DNA of 64,000 nt, taken from an uncultured archaeon. Its GTDB lineage: Archaea > Aenigmatarchaeota > Aenigmatarchaeia > PWEA01 > JAGHBM01. The translations under genes were made by a program, and so were the position numbers. The notes beneath the pieces were generated by a model. It had not been told where the DNA came from. It worked only from the letters and a program-made list of their open reading frames with translations, and did no database searches. The number at the start of each line of letters is the position of its first letter. Within the stretch, counting starts at the first letter, position 1. This document shows positions 1-9,107 of this stretch, piece by piece. The stretch covers positions 34,974 to 98,973 of the forward strand of contig CAZOZN010000002.1 in NCBI GenBank assembly GCA_964584335.1, in the 5' to 3' direction.

Positions 1-389
1 TATCCTTTATTGTAATTATACCAATATTCGTTTTTCTGCTACCATCATTATATGGAGATTTAAACGTAGAACTTGACGAATCTTTAAGCGGGACCATAGA
101 ATTTGATGGAACTCAAAAGAATGTTAGGATAATGGAAGAAGATCCGATAAAGATAAAAATAGACGGAGAGGAAATAACAAAAGAAGAAGCATTTGAGTTA
201 AAAAATGAGGAATTTCTTTTCAAAGATTATGACGATGGCAAAAAAACCGTATCATTCAAAAGGGTTATAATTGAGCTTCCTTTTTCTATGCCTATTTGGG
301 GGTCTAAAATTGGATGGCTGGGTTGGTATATACTGGTTTCCCTGTCAATGACAACAATATTCAGGAAAGCGCTTGGTGTGGTGCAGTAA
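1..389 (+). CDS. DUF106/EMC3-TMCO1 (Oxa1 superfamily) membrane protein, 5' truncated by window edge
   Basis: Frame open from position 3; C-terminal WLGWYILVSLSMTTIFRKALG motif; lies upstream of cbf5 as in other archaea. Confidence 0.75.
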   Translation, partial: SFIVIIPIFVFLLPSLYGDLNVELDESLSGTIEFDGTQKNVRIMEEDPIKIKIDGEEITKEEAFELKNEEFLFKDYDDGKKTVSFKRVIIELPFSMPIWGSKIGWLGWYILVSLSMTTIFRKALGVVQ

Positions 390-421
390 AAACTTAAATT
401 AATAAAAACTACTTATTCATT

Positions 422-1372
422 ATGATTGAAAAGTCTACTGAGATATCAAACCCAGATTTCGGAAATTACCCCGGAGAAAGAAAAACAATAGAAATAATAA
501 ATAATGGTATAGTTGTTCTAGACAAGCCATCAGGACCCACTTCTCATCAAGTAGCTTCATGGGTTAAAAATATATTGAAAATAAAAAAGGTAGGTCACTC
601 GGGTACTCTAGACCCTAAGGTTACGGGCGTTTTAGTTCTAACTCTAGGAAAAGCTACAAAAATGATACCTGCTTTAATGGGATTAGACAAGGAATATGTT
701 TCCATAATGCATCTTCACGAAAATGTTTCAAGAAAAGACCTTGAAGAAACAGTCAAAAAATTCACGGGAAAAATAAAACAAAAACCACCTAAAAGAAGTG
801 CGGTAAAAAGAAGAAGAAGAGTGAGAGAAATATACGACATTAAAATATTAGAAAGAAAGGAAAACGACGTTTTATTGGATATTAAATGCCAAAAAGGCAC
901 TTACGTAAGAAAATTAATACACGACATGGGCAAAGATTTAGGAAAGGGGGCGCACATGAAAGAGCTAAGAAGAATAAAGGTCGGCCCATTTGATGAAAGT
1001 TCATGCGTAAATCTTCAGGAGCTAAAAGATTCTTTTGTTCTGTGGGAAGAGGAAAAAGAAAATAAAATAAGGGAAATTATAAAACCGGTCGAATTCGGTG
1101 CAGAACACCTTAAAAAAATAATAGTAAGAGACAGTGCAGTAAACGCTCTTTGCAACGGAGCACCTCTTGCTGTTGGAGGTATATGCAAACTTGATGAAAA
1201 AATAAAAAAAGGAGACATGGTTGCTGTACTAACACTCAAAGGGGAATTGATAGCTCTGGGTTATTCGAAAATGGACTCGGAAGAAATAAAGAATTCTAAA
1301 AGGGGAATAGCGACAAGCACTGATAGGGTAATCATGAAAATTGATTTATACCCGAAAATGTGGAAGAAATGA
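422..1372 (+). CDS. cbf5: H/ACA RNA-guided pseudouridine synthase Cbf5
   Basis: LDKPSGPTSH, GHSGTLDPKVTG, GTYVR and C-terminal PUA domain. Confidence 0.97.
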   Translation: MIEKSTEISNPDFGNYPGERKTIEIINNGIVVLDKPSGPTSHQVASWVKNILKIKKVGHSGTLDPKVTGVLVLTLGKATKMIPALMGLDKEYVSIMHLHENVSRKDLEETVKKFTGKIKQKPPKRSAVKRRRRVREIYDIKILERKENDVLLDIKCQKGTYVRKLIHDMGKDLGKGAHMKELRRIKVGPFDESSCVNLQELKDSFVLWEEEKENKIREIIKPVEFGAEHLKKIIVRDSAVNALCNGAPLAVGGICKLDEKIKKGDMVAVLTLKGELIALGYSKMDSEEIKNSKRGIATSTDRVIMKIDLYPKMWKK

Positions 1373-1379
1373 TATAATA

Positions 1380-2540
1380 TCAATCGAGTTCGTTGTAAAT
1401 TCTCAAGAATACCCCATTGGTCCATCCGAATCCTGTCTCCACGGGATACCTGCCTCTGTTGCCAACATCTCCCTTTACCACATCATATTTTTCCCAGAAC
1501 TTGCCGGTATCAAGAAATACCTTTCTATTCATATCAAGCCATTTAAATCCTATTCTCTCTGCATCATCCCTGAAACCATAGTTCAAAAGACCCTTGACAA
1601 CTATCCAATGGAGAGGTGCCCATCCATTAGGGTAATCCCACTGTCTGATACCAATAAGTCTTTTCTTCTGAGTGGCGGCAAGACCTCCTGTATATTCAAA
1701 TTTTTTCAATTCTTTAACCGTTTCTTTTGACTGTTTTTTTGTAGCCAGCCCGGCCCATAAAGGAAAGAAACCGGCAAGTGAATAAAAATTACTCTGCTTA
1801 ACATCTTTGTAATTATAATCAAAGAAAAATCCTTTATTGCGATTCCACATGAGACTTCTCATGACCCTTTTTCTCTTTTCTGCAAGTTTAGAGAAATTCT
1901 TGCTTTTCTTTTTATTGCCTAAAATGTCGTGAATATGTTCCAGGTCTCTTTCGTACTTGTAAAGACACGAATTCAAATCAACAGGCAAAAAATCCTTGCA
2001 TTTTCCGCCAAAACGTGAGGTCATGTCCCAGCCTGATTCATGTTCTGAGACTGTATTAGAAGAATACCTATCACAATATCTAGAAAGACCTTTGTAAACA
2101 AGATGTGCTTTCCACTTTTCCTCAGAATATTGCCAATAACCTTTTAATTCATTCTCAGCAGTAACAGAAACTCTTTTAAGCCATTTTTTGTCCTTAGTCT
2201 TTTCGAAAACTTCTAAAATCATTGAAGTGAGAAAGGGTGCCTGAGAAATGAGAGTGTTGTAATACCTATTTCTGGAGGGAATAAAACCCATTTTATTGAA
2301 AAGGTATTCAAAATTATTTATCATTCCTTCGGCTAATTTTTCTTTTCCCGAGTCAACAAGGCCTAGAATTATAAAATAACTGTCCCAGTAAAACTGGTCC
2401 TTGTCGAATTTTATATGATTGGGTGCAACGAATGGGTTTGGCAGGCCCAGATGAAAACCGGAATCCTTTTTAAATTTGAAAGTAGATTTGCTCCAATAAT
2501 CGTCTATATAATCAAAACATTTCTTATAGTCATAAGGCAT
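1380..2540 (-). CDS. alpha,alpha-trehalase (GH37)
   Basis: FYWDSYF, SQAPFL, ESGWDMTSR, PVDLNS, QWDYPNGWAP, EKYD and GFGWTNG motifs; no signal peptide. Confidence 0.92.
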   Translation of the reverse strand: MPYDYKKCFDYIDDYWSKSTFKFKKDSGFHLGLPNPFVAPNHIKFDKDQFYWDSYFIILGLVDSGKEKLAEGMINNFEYLFNKMGFIPSRNRYYNTLISQAPFLTSMILEVFEKTKDKKWLKRVSVTAENELKGYWQYSEEKWKAHLVYKGLSRYCDRYSSNTVSEHESGWDMTSRFGGKCKDFLPVDLNSCLYKYERDLEHIHDILGNKKKSKNFSKLAEKRKRVMRSLMWNRNKGFFFDYNYKDVKQSNFYSLAGFFPLWAGLATKKQSKETVKELKKFEYTGGLAATQKKRLIGIRQWDYPNGWAPLHWIVVKGLLNYGFRDDAERIGFKWLDMNRKVFLDTGKFWEKYDVVKGDVGNRGRYPVETGFGWTNGVFLRIYNELD

Positions 2541-2661
2541 AATATTTTTAAAGTTTTTATATAAAAATAAGCTTTAAATACCTTTGTTTATTAATTTTAA
2601 AGGTTAAAAAGATGGTAAACAACAAAAGTAAAACTTTAATGTTTTATCACAAAGTGATAGA

Positions 2662-2826
2662 ATGACCATAAGCAAGGAACTTTTGGATATACTGGCCTGC
2701 CCTAAATGCAAGGGTGAAATAAAGCTAGAAAAAGACTATATAATATGTGAAAAATGCAGGCTTAAATTCAATATACTGAAAGGAGATATCCCTGACATGT
2801 TAATAGAAGATGCTGAAAAGTTTTAA
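2662..2826 (+). CDS. trm112: Trm112 family methyltransferase activator (54 aa, not in ORF track)
   Basis: Manual translation MTISKELLDILACPKCKGEIKLEKDYIICEKCRLKFNILKGDIPDMLIEDAEKF. Confidence 0.88.
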   Translation: MTISKELLDILACPKCKGEIKLEKDYIICEKCRLKFNILKGDIPDMLIEDAEKF

Positions 2827-2879
2827 ATCAAAAAAACCATCAAAAATATAAGCCTAAAAAATATAAACCCCGTATAGAT

Positions 2880-3100
2880 GCTGGGGTGGCCGAGCCAGGC
2901 TAAAGGCGCTGGAGTTCTATACAACGGCGAGACTTGAGTACCTGGTATTGTCCATCAATCTGGGAATGATCAAATGGCTTGAATCTGACTATGGCGGAGA
3001 TGATGATGGATGGCTAAGATATCCAGTTCCACGAAAGATGATGTTGATTTTTTCGCATCAGTTGAATGGAGCGGGGGTTCGAATCCCTCCCCCAGCGCCA
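2880..3100 (+). tRNA. tRNA-Ser(UGA) with three introns: 2913-2931 (30/31), 2939-3020 (37/38), 3038-3066 (variable arm)
   Basis: GCTGGGG/CCCCAGC-G-CCA acceptor; intron removal restores CTGGA-CTTGAGA-TCCAG and variable arm TCCAC-GAAA-GTGGA; upstream of rps13 as is typical in archaea. Confidence 0.88.
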
Positions 3101-3119
3101 AAAAAACAGAGGTAATATA

Positions 3120-3629
3120 ATGAGAAAGAACAAGAGTCGAGTAAAAGAAGGTAAAGAGAAGAAAGAGAGAAAAAGCGAGAACTTGTTAGAGATAGTAAGA
3201 TTAATGGCAACTGACTTAAACGGAAAGATAAAAATAAGAGATTCGTTGAGAAAGATAAAAGGAATAAACTTTGCAACAACCAAATTAATTTGTCAGAAAG
3301 CAGGCATAAATCCGGATAAAATTACAGGAAAGATAACGGATGAAGAAAAAAAGAAAATAGAAGAATTTATAAAAAATCCGGAAAAATTTGGAATTCCTGA
3401 TTACATGTTTAATTTAAGAAACAACCCGGACACGGGAAAAAGCGAACACTTGACAGGAGCGGACTTGCAGATAAAATTAAGAAACACAATAAACCAAAAA
3501 AAGAAATTGGGTTCTTATGTGGGACTGAGACATAGAGAAGGTCTTCCTGTGAGAGGACAAAGAACAAAATCAAGTTTTAGAAAAAGTAAAAGTGTCGGAG
3601 TTTCAAGGCAGAGACTTAAGCAGAAATAG
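3120..3629 (+). CDS. rps13: 30S ribosomal protein S13
   Basis: YVGLRHREGLPVRGQRTKS; start moved to ATG 3120, after the tRNA. Confidence 0.96.
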   Translation: MRKNKSRVKEGKEKKERKSENLLEIVRLMATDLNGKIKIRDSLRKIKGINFATTKLICQKAGINPDKITGKITDEEKKKIEEFIKNPEKFGIPDYMFNLRNNPDTGKSEHLTGADLQIKLRNTINQKKKLGSYVGLRHREGLPVRGQRTKSSFRKSKSVGVSRQRLKQK

Positions 3630-3637
3630 GTGATTAA

Positions 3638-4114
3638 ATGGGAGATCCCAGAAAAAAAAGGAAGAAGTATGAAAAACCACTTAGGCCTTGGGATAAAAAA
3701 AGGATAGAAGAAGAATTAGAATTAATAAGAAGGTACGGTCTTAGAAGAAAAAACGAAATCTACAGAACAGAAAGCATATTAAGAAGCTTTAGAAGACACG
3801 CAAGAAACCTTGCAGCAAACAAAAACGAAAAACAAGAAAAAGAACTTATAGAAAAACTTAACAACCTGGGTCTAATAGAAAAAGATTCTACATTAGATGA
3901 TGTGCTTGAGTTAAAACTGGAAGACATACTTGAAAGGAGACTTCAGACAATGCTATTCAAAAAAGGTCTTGTAAAGACTCCAAAACAGGCGAGGCAGTTT
4001 ATAGTTCATGGCCATGTTAAAGTCGATAAGGTTAAGATAAAATGGCCTTCTTATATTTTACCAAAAAAATTCGAAAAAAACATAAAAATAAACATAGGTG
4101 TTGAAAATGACTGA
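3638..4114 (+). CDS. rps4: 30S ribosomal protein S4
   Basis: [29 protein letters not shown]. Confidence 0.97.
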   Translation: MGDPRKKRKKYEKPLRPWDKKRIEEELELIRRYGLRRKNEIYRTESILRSFRRHARNLAANKNEKQEKELIEKLNNLGLIEKDSTLDDVLELKLEDILERRLQTMLFKKGLVKTPKQARQFIVHGHVKVDKVKIKWPSYILPKKFEKNIKINIGVEND

Positions 4115-4493
4115 GAGAGTTGGTATAGCGCATATATATTCATCTAAAAACAATACAATTATTCATATTACAGATATAACCGGAGCAGAGACTATAGCAA
4201 GGATATCTGGGGGCGTGGTAACAAAGAACGACAGAGAAAAGGGTAACCCATTCCCTGCCTTGATAGCAGCAAAAAGAGTTGCAGAAGAAGCTAAAAACAA
4301 AGGAATAACAAAATTAAATGTAAAGGTAAGGGCTCCTGGAGGTCACAAATCAAAAAACCCAAGCAAGGGAGCACAACCAGCAATAAGAGCCCTAGTAAGA
4401 TCCGGCTTTAGGATAGGTGATATAGAAGATGTCACACCATTACCCCATGACAGCACTAGAAAAAAAGGTGGTAGAAGGGGTAGGAGGTTATAA
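4107..4493 (+). CDS. rps11: 30S ribosomal protein S11
   Basis: [27 protein letters not shown]. Confidence 0.97.
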   Translation: MTERVGIAHIYSSKNNTIIHITDITGAETIARISGGVVTKNDREKGNPFPALIAAKRVAEEAKNKGITKLNVKVRAPGGHKSKNPSKGAQPAIRALVRSGFRIGDIEDVTPLPHDSTRKKGGRRGRRL

Positions 4494-4494
4494 G

Positions 4495-5094
4495 ATGAAG
4501 ATAAAGATAACCAAAAAAAACAATGAAAAAATAGAATTTGAAATTGATAAAGCAACGCCAGCATTTGCAAATGCACTAAGAAGGGTAATGATGATGGAAG
4601 TCCCTGTTCTCGCTATAGATGATGCGAGCTTTAGAAAAAATAATTCACCTTTATTCGACGAAGTGATTGGACACAGGCTTGGTTTAATACCTTTAAAATT
4701 TAAGCCAAGGACGCTGAACAAAATGGGCGATTGTAGCTGTAACGGGGAAGGTTGTATAAACTGTCAGGTAGTTTTTGTTTTAGACAAAAAAGGTCCTTGT
4801 ACTGTATACAGCAAAGACCTTAAGAGCACAAACCCAGAAGTAAAACCGCTATATGAAAAAATTCCAATAACAAAATTAGGGGAAAACCAAGAACTAAATT
4901 TAGAGGCAGTGGCAACCATGGGAACTGGAAAAGAGCACGTAAAATGGAAAGCATCAAATACTTTTTACAGTTACGATAAAGACAAGTTTAATTTCACAGT
5001 TGAAACAATGTCGGGCCTAAGCCCAAAAGAAATAGTAATACAGGGAACAGAAATATTAGAGAATAAAGCAAAAGAATTAATTAAGTTACTGTAG
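4495..5094 (+). CDS. rpoD: RNA polymerase subunit D (Rpo3) with Cys cluster
   Basis: ANALRR..EVP, HRLGLIPL, CSCNGEGCINC, GKEHVKW. Confidence 0.95.
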   Translation: MKIKITKKNNEKIEFEIDKATPAFANALRRVMMMEVPVLAIDDASFRKNNSPLFDEVIGHRLGLIPLKFKPRTLNKMGDCSCNGEGCINCQVVFVLDKKGPCTVYSKDLKSTNPEVKPLYEKIPITKLGENQELNLEAVATMGTGKEHVKWKASNTFYSYDKDKFNFTVETMSGLSPKEIVIQGTEILENKAKELIKLL

Positions 5095-5244
5095 CGGGGG
5101 TACCCAAGAAAGCTTTTTGCTTTGGGAATGGTCAAAGGGGCTAGAAGTTATGGTCAAGCTTAGGATTGATTTGTTCGACGCTAGGTAAATAGGAAACCTA
5201 GTGACTTAGTGTCTTCATGAGTTCGAATCTCATCCCCCGCACCA
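5094..5244 (+). tRNA. tRNA-Leu(UAG) with three introns: 5109-5128 (15/16), 5145-5157 (30/31), 5165-5195 (37/38)
   Basis: GCGGGGG/CCCCCGC-A-CCA; BHB helices CCCA/TGGG, GGCT/GGTC, CTTA/TAGG; spliced anticodon arm CTAGG-CTTAGGA-CCTAG; conserved rpoD-tRNA-Leu-L18e order. Confidence 0.88.
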
Positions 5245-5261
5245 AAAAAGAGGAATGTTAA

Positions 5262-5600
5262 ATGAAAAAAAATACCAGAATTAAAAAATTGATAGAAAAA
5301 ACATCAGAAAAAGATGAAAAGATTTGGAAAGATATAGCCAGGAGGCTATCAAAACCGAGAAGAAATATGGCTGAAGTTAATATAAACAAAATAAAAAGAT
5401 TTGCAAAAGAAAAAGAGACAATAGTGGTTCCTGGTAAAGTTCTTGGTTACGGTAATTTAGACAAAAAAGTTGAAATAGCTGCATTTTCATTTTCAAAAAC
5501 TGCCGAAGAAAAGATAAAGAAAAAAGGCGGGAACTGCATTAAAATAGAGGATTTTCTAAAAAATAAACCTAAAGGAGTAAAAGTGAGATTGATGGGGTGA
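5262..5600 (+). CDS. rpl18e: 50S ribosomal protein L18e
   Basis: RRNMAEVNINKI, VVPGKVLG; operon context. Confidence 0.95.
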   Translation: MKKNTRIKKLIEKTSEKDEKIWKDIARRLSKPRRNMAEVNINKIKRFAKEKETIVVPGKVLGYGNLDKKVEIAAFSFSKTAEEKIKKKGGNCIKIEDFLKNKPKGVKVRLMG

Positions 5601-5604
5601 AGAA

Positions 5605-6012
5605 ATGGATAACTTTATAATAGATGCAAAGGACCAAGTACTAGGAAGATTATCATCTTCTGTAGCAAAGAAATTACTAAATGGAGAAAGAATAATAATA
5701 ATAAACAGCAAGAAAACTATAGTTAGCGGTAAGCCGAATATAATAATGAAAGATTTCGTCACAAAAAGAGAAAGAGGCGACCCATTTCACGGTCCATTCT
5801 ATCCAAAAACTCCAAACGGAATTCTAAGAAGGTCGATAAGAGGCATGATACCCTATAAGAAAACTAAAGGAAGGGAAGCTTTAAAAAGACTTAAAATTTA
5901 TGAGGATAATCCAAAAAAACTTGAAGGTAAAAAAATACAAAAAACAAGAAAAGATTTGGATTGCAAATACATGACACTAGAAGAAATATCAAAAAAACTA
6001 AAAGGTAAGTAA
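5605..6012 (+). CDS. rpl13: 50S ribosomal protein L13
   Basis: IIDAKDQVLGRLSS, RRSIRGMIP. Confidence 0.95.
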   Translation: MDNFIIDAKDQVLGRLSSSVAKKLLNGERIIIINSKKTIVSGKPNIIMKDFVTKRERGDPFHGPFYPKTPNGILRRSIRGMIPYKKTKGREALKRLKIYEDNPKKLEGKKIQKTRKDLDCKYMTLEEISKKLKGK

Positions 6013-6013
6013 A

Positions 6014-6421
6014 ATGACCAAAAAAAATAAGCCGACAATAGGAAAAAGAAAAGAAGCCGTAGCAAAAGCATTTGTAGAAAAAGGTAACGGAAAGATAAAA
6101 GTAAACGGTAAATTATTAGAAAACATGAGACCAGAAATAGTAATGTTAATGATAAAAGAGCCACTAATGATAGCTGGAGATTTGTCTAAAAAAGTAAATA
6201 TAAATGTAAGTGTTAGTGGTGGAGGAATAATAGGACAAGCAGAAGCTGTAAGGCAGGCAATAGCAAACGGTTTAATAAAGTTCGGCGGGAAAAAATACAA
6301 GAAAATATTTGAAGATTATGACAGGCACTTGATAGTTAAGGATTCAAGAAGAACAGAACCTCATAAACCATCAAGGTCTTCGCAGGGACCAAGAAGACAT
6401 AAACAAAGGAGTAAAAGGTGA
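6014..6421 (+). CDS. rps9: 30S ribosomal protein S9
   Basis: [24 protein letters not shown]. Confidence 0.96.
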   Translation: MTKKNKPTIGKRKEAVAKAFVEKGNGKIKVNGKLLENMRPEIVMLMIKEPLMIAGDLSKKVNINVSVSGGGIIGQAEAVRQAIANGLIKFGGKKYKKIFEDYDRHLIVKDSRRTEPHKPSRSSQGPRRHKQRSKR

Positions 6422-6425
6422 TGTT

Positions 6426-6620
6426 ATGATTATACCAGTTAGATGTGTAAGTTGCGGTAAACCCATAGGCCACTTATGGGAAGAATTTAAAAAAGAAGTT
6501 GAGAGCGGAAAAGACCCAAAAAAAGTACTCGACAAGCTAGGTGTTGAAAGATATTGTTGTAGAAGTTCTTTTATAACAAACGTTGATTTGATTGATTATA
6601 TGTTGGAATCGAACGAATAG
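6426..6620 (+). CDS. rpoN: RNA polymerase subunit N (Rpo10)
   Basis: [16 protein letters not shown]. Confidence 0.97.
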   Translation: MIIPVRCVSCGKPIGHLWEEFKKEVESGKDPKKVLDKLGVERYCCRSSFITNVDLIDYMLESNE

Positions 6621-6657
6621 TTAGTTTTATATTTGGCTGAAACAAAAATTAATTGGT

Positions 6658-8055
6658 GTGAGGGTGTACAAAAAAGCTGTTTTTTACTTGGGAATAGCAT
6701 TAATATTTTCAATATTTATTTCTCCATTTTCACTTGCAGATATAAATGTCGATTTGAAGACCGACAACCTTTACCTTTCTCCTGGTTCCTATCTGTTACA
6801 AATAGAAGGAGAGGAGGGTGAAGACTACGGAGTAACTTCAATAGGTCCTTACAGAAGCTGGGTGTTATTCGAGAATGACTACGTCTCAACAAAAAATGGA
6901 AAAGGAGAAGTAAATTTTTCAATATATTTGCCTGAAAAAGCAAAGGCGGGTTCTTATAAATTTCCTATACTAGTTTACAAAATGTCTAACAGCTCGGTAT
7001 ACTCCATAGAAAATTACAAGCTTATAATAGAAGAAAAAACAGAAGCAAAAATAATGGATTTAGAAATAAACAAAGACTCTTTCAGTCCTGGAGATAAAAT
7101 AAAAATAAACACAACATTGAAAAACACAGGAACGTCCGACCTTGAAGAATTGAATTTATTAATAGAATATCAGGGACCTGATTTTTATGAGAAAGAAGAA
7201 AAAACGTTTTCTCTGTACGTAGAAGAAGAAAAAAGTTTTGATGAAGACTTTGAAACATCTATAAATCAAAACCCGGGAGAATATAAGATATTAACTACTA
7301 TGTCTAAGTTTGGTAAAAAATTGGACTCAAAAACAAGAATATTTGAAATACAAGAAATCGGTAAAATAAAGAAAACCCATGAATCATCTTGGAGAGTATT
7401 GCAAGAATCAGGAGAATTTAGACTAGAAAACACAGGAAATATAGAAAAAGAAGAAGAAATACAGATGGAAATAACAAAACCATGGGATTGGTTTATATTC
7501 TTCTCAGAAATGCCAGTCATAAAAGACGAAGGAACAAAGATGTCTTACTCTTGGAAAATGAGTTTAAAACCGGGAGAATCAAAGAACATAAGTTATAACA
7601 TTCATTATTGGCCATTCGTAATAATAGCAATAGTTCTTATATACGGAATTTATTTAGCATCAAAACAAATAAGAAAACCGAACATAAAAAAACATTCTAT
7701 AGAAACCAAAGTTTTAGACGATGACAGAAAAGAAATAATGGTTGCAATAGAAATAAAGACTTGCGGAAAGAAGATGAAAGATGTCGTAATAAAGGACAGG
7801 ATACCGCCGATGGGTAATGTAATTAAAAAATATTTCAAAACCATAAAACCCACAGTAAGTAAACAAGATAACGGCACAATTTTAAGATGGAAAATAAAGA
7901 ACCTAGAAAAAAATGAAAATATAATACTAACATATAAATTCAGGACATCAATTGGAACCACTGATTATATAAAATTGCCAAAAGCTGTTCTAAGTGCTAA
8001 AATAAACAAAGTATATACGGAATATTTCTCAAATTCTCTTAAAATAAAAGAATGA
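6658..8055 (+). CDS. Membrane-anchored protein with CARDB/Ig-like domains on both sides of an internal TM helix
   Basis: N-terminal signal peptide; PGD.IKI..TLKNTG beta-sandwich; TM near aa 318-337; C-terminal V.IKD.IP domain. Confidence 0.65.
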   Translation: MRVYKKAVFYLGIALIFSIFISPFSLADINVDLKTDNLYLSPGSYLLQIEGEEGEDYGVTSIGPYRSWVLFENDYVSTKNGKGEVNFSIYLPEKAKAGSYKFPILVYKMSNSSVYSIENYKLIIEEKTEAKIMDLEINKDSFSPGDKIKINTTLKNTGTSDLEELNLLIEYQGPDFYEKEEKTFSLYVEEEKSFDEDFETSINQNPGEYKILTTMSKFGKKLDSKTRIFEIQEIGKIKKTHESSWRVLQESGEFRLENTGNIEKEEEIQMEITKPWDWFIFFSEMPVIKDEGTKMSYSWKMSLKPGESKNISYNIHYWPFVIIAIVLIYGIYLASKQIRKPNIKKHSIETKVLDDDRKEIMVAIEIKTCGKKMKDVVIKDRIPPMGNVIKKYFKTIKPTVSKQDNGTILRWKIKNLEKNENIILTYKFRTSIGTTDYIKLPKAVLSAKINKVYTEYFSNSLKIKE

Positions 8056-8091
8056 AATTTTTATATACTTTAATGTTAAATTATTCTTAAT

Positions 8092-8214
8092 CCCCGGATA
8101 GCTCAGCGGTAGAGCGGTCGGCTGTAGACTCATACTAAAAGTATTAGTTGAATAGCAATCGTTCAAAAAGCAGGAACCGACAGGTCCTGTGTTCGAATCA
8201 CAGTCCGGGGACCA
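8092..8214 (+). tRNA. tRNA-Tyr(GUA), intron 8128-8175 (37/38)
   Basis: C1-G72 and A73 identity; GTCGG-CTGTAG^A-CCGAC; BHB CTGT/GCAG. Confidence 0.93.
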
Positions 8215-8366
8215 AAATTATAATTATAAATAACTACAAAAAAGTAAAAAATCGACTGTTTTCTTTATGACGAAATCTGAGAGGTGCCCAATAAAGGCTC
8301 TAGATGGTAAATAAGAGTATATTTAAACTAACCGAAAGCTTTTTAAAGGTTTTCATACTAATAGTA

Positions 8367-8487
<121 letters not shown>

Positions 8488-8599
8488 AATAAATCATGTT
8501 CACTTGGGGTCGATAAGATTTTAATGAAAAAAATTAGCCTGTTAGAATTACCTATTTAAAGCTTTATAACTAACATTTAGAGTTAACTATTAAAAATTT

Positions 8600-8698
8600 G
8601 CCCCGGTAGTGTAGCGGTCTAGCATACGGCCCTGTCGGGACCCTCAGTAAAGTTGCGGTAAGGCTGTGACCCGGGTTCGAATCCCGGCTGGGGCGCCA
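8600..8698 (+). tRNA. tRNA-Asp(GUC), intron 8638-8660 (37/38)
   Basis: GCCCCGG/CTGGGGC-G-CCA; BHB CTGT/GCGG. Confidence 0.93.
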
Positions 8699-8704
8699 AA
8701 GATT

Positions 8705-8793
8705 GGGCCTATAGCTCAGCCTGGTAGAGCACCGGCCTTTTAACATTAGAGGAAAGCCGGGTGTCGAGGGTTCGAATCCCTCTGGGCCCGCCA
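8705..8793 (+). tRNA. tRNA-Lys(UUU), 12-nt intron 8743-8754 (37/38)
   Basis: CCGGC-CTTTTA^A-GCCGG; full cloverleaf with CCA. Confidence 0.93.
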
Positions 8794-8812
8794 GAAGTCT
8801 TTAACAGTTGGT

Positions 8813-9100
8813 GTGAAAATGTCAAAAAGTGAAAAAAATAAAATCGAAAAGGAAGAAAGCACTGAAAAAGAATTCAAACTAACAGACCATTTTCTAGTAC
8901 CTAAACATGAAATAATAACAAAGGAAGGAAAAGAAAAAATACTTGATAAGTTAAACGTAAGTGAAAAACAAATACCTGTAATACTAAAATCTGATCCAAT
9001 AGTAAAAGAAATAAAAGCAAAACCCGGCGACATGATAAGAATAACAAGAAAAAGCCAGGTTTCCGGTCAAATAGAATATTACAGAATTGTTTCGAAGTAG
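8813..9100 (+). CDS. rpoH: RNA polymerase subunit H (Rpo5)
   Basis: HFLVPKHEI, P.I..SDP, YYRIV. Confidence 0.96.
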   Translation: MKMSKSEKNKIEKEESTEKEFKLTDHFLVPKHEIITKEGKEKILDKLNVSEKQIPVILKSDPIVKEIKAKPGDMIRITRKSQVSGQIEYYRIVSK

Positions 9101-9107
9101 TGATTTT

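Noticed and set aside
422-1372. Possible BHB intron in cbf5, as in Crenarchaeota
   Set aside because: ORF is continuous through GHSGTLDPKVTG with no insertion
3066-3119. N-terminal extension of rps13 (also 24169-24255 for the Nudix gene)
   Set aside because: Extensions run through tRNA genes; downstream ATGs give normal proteins
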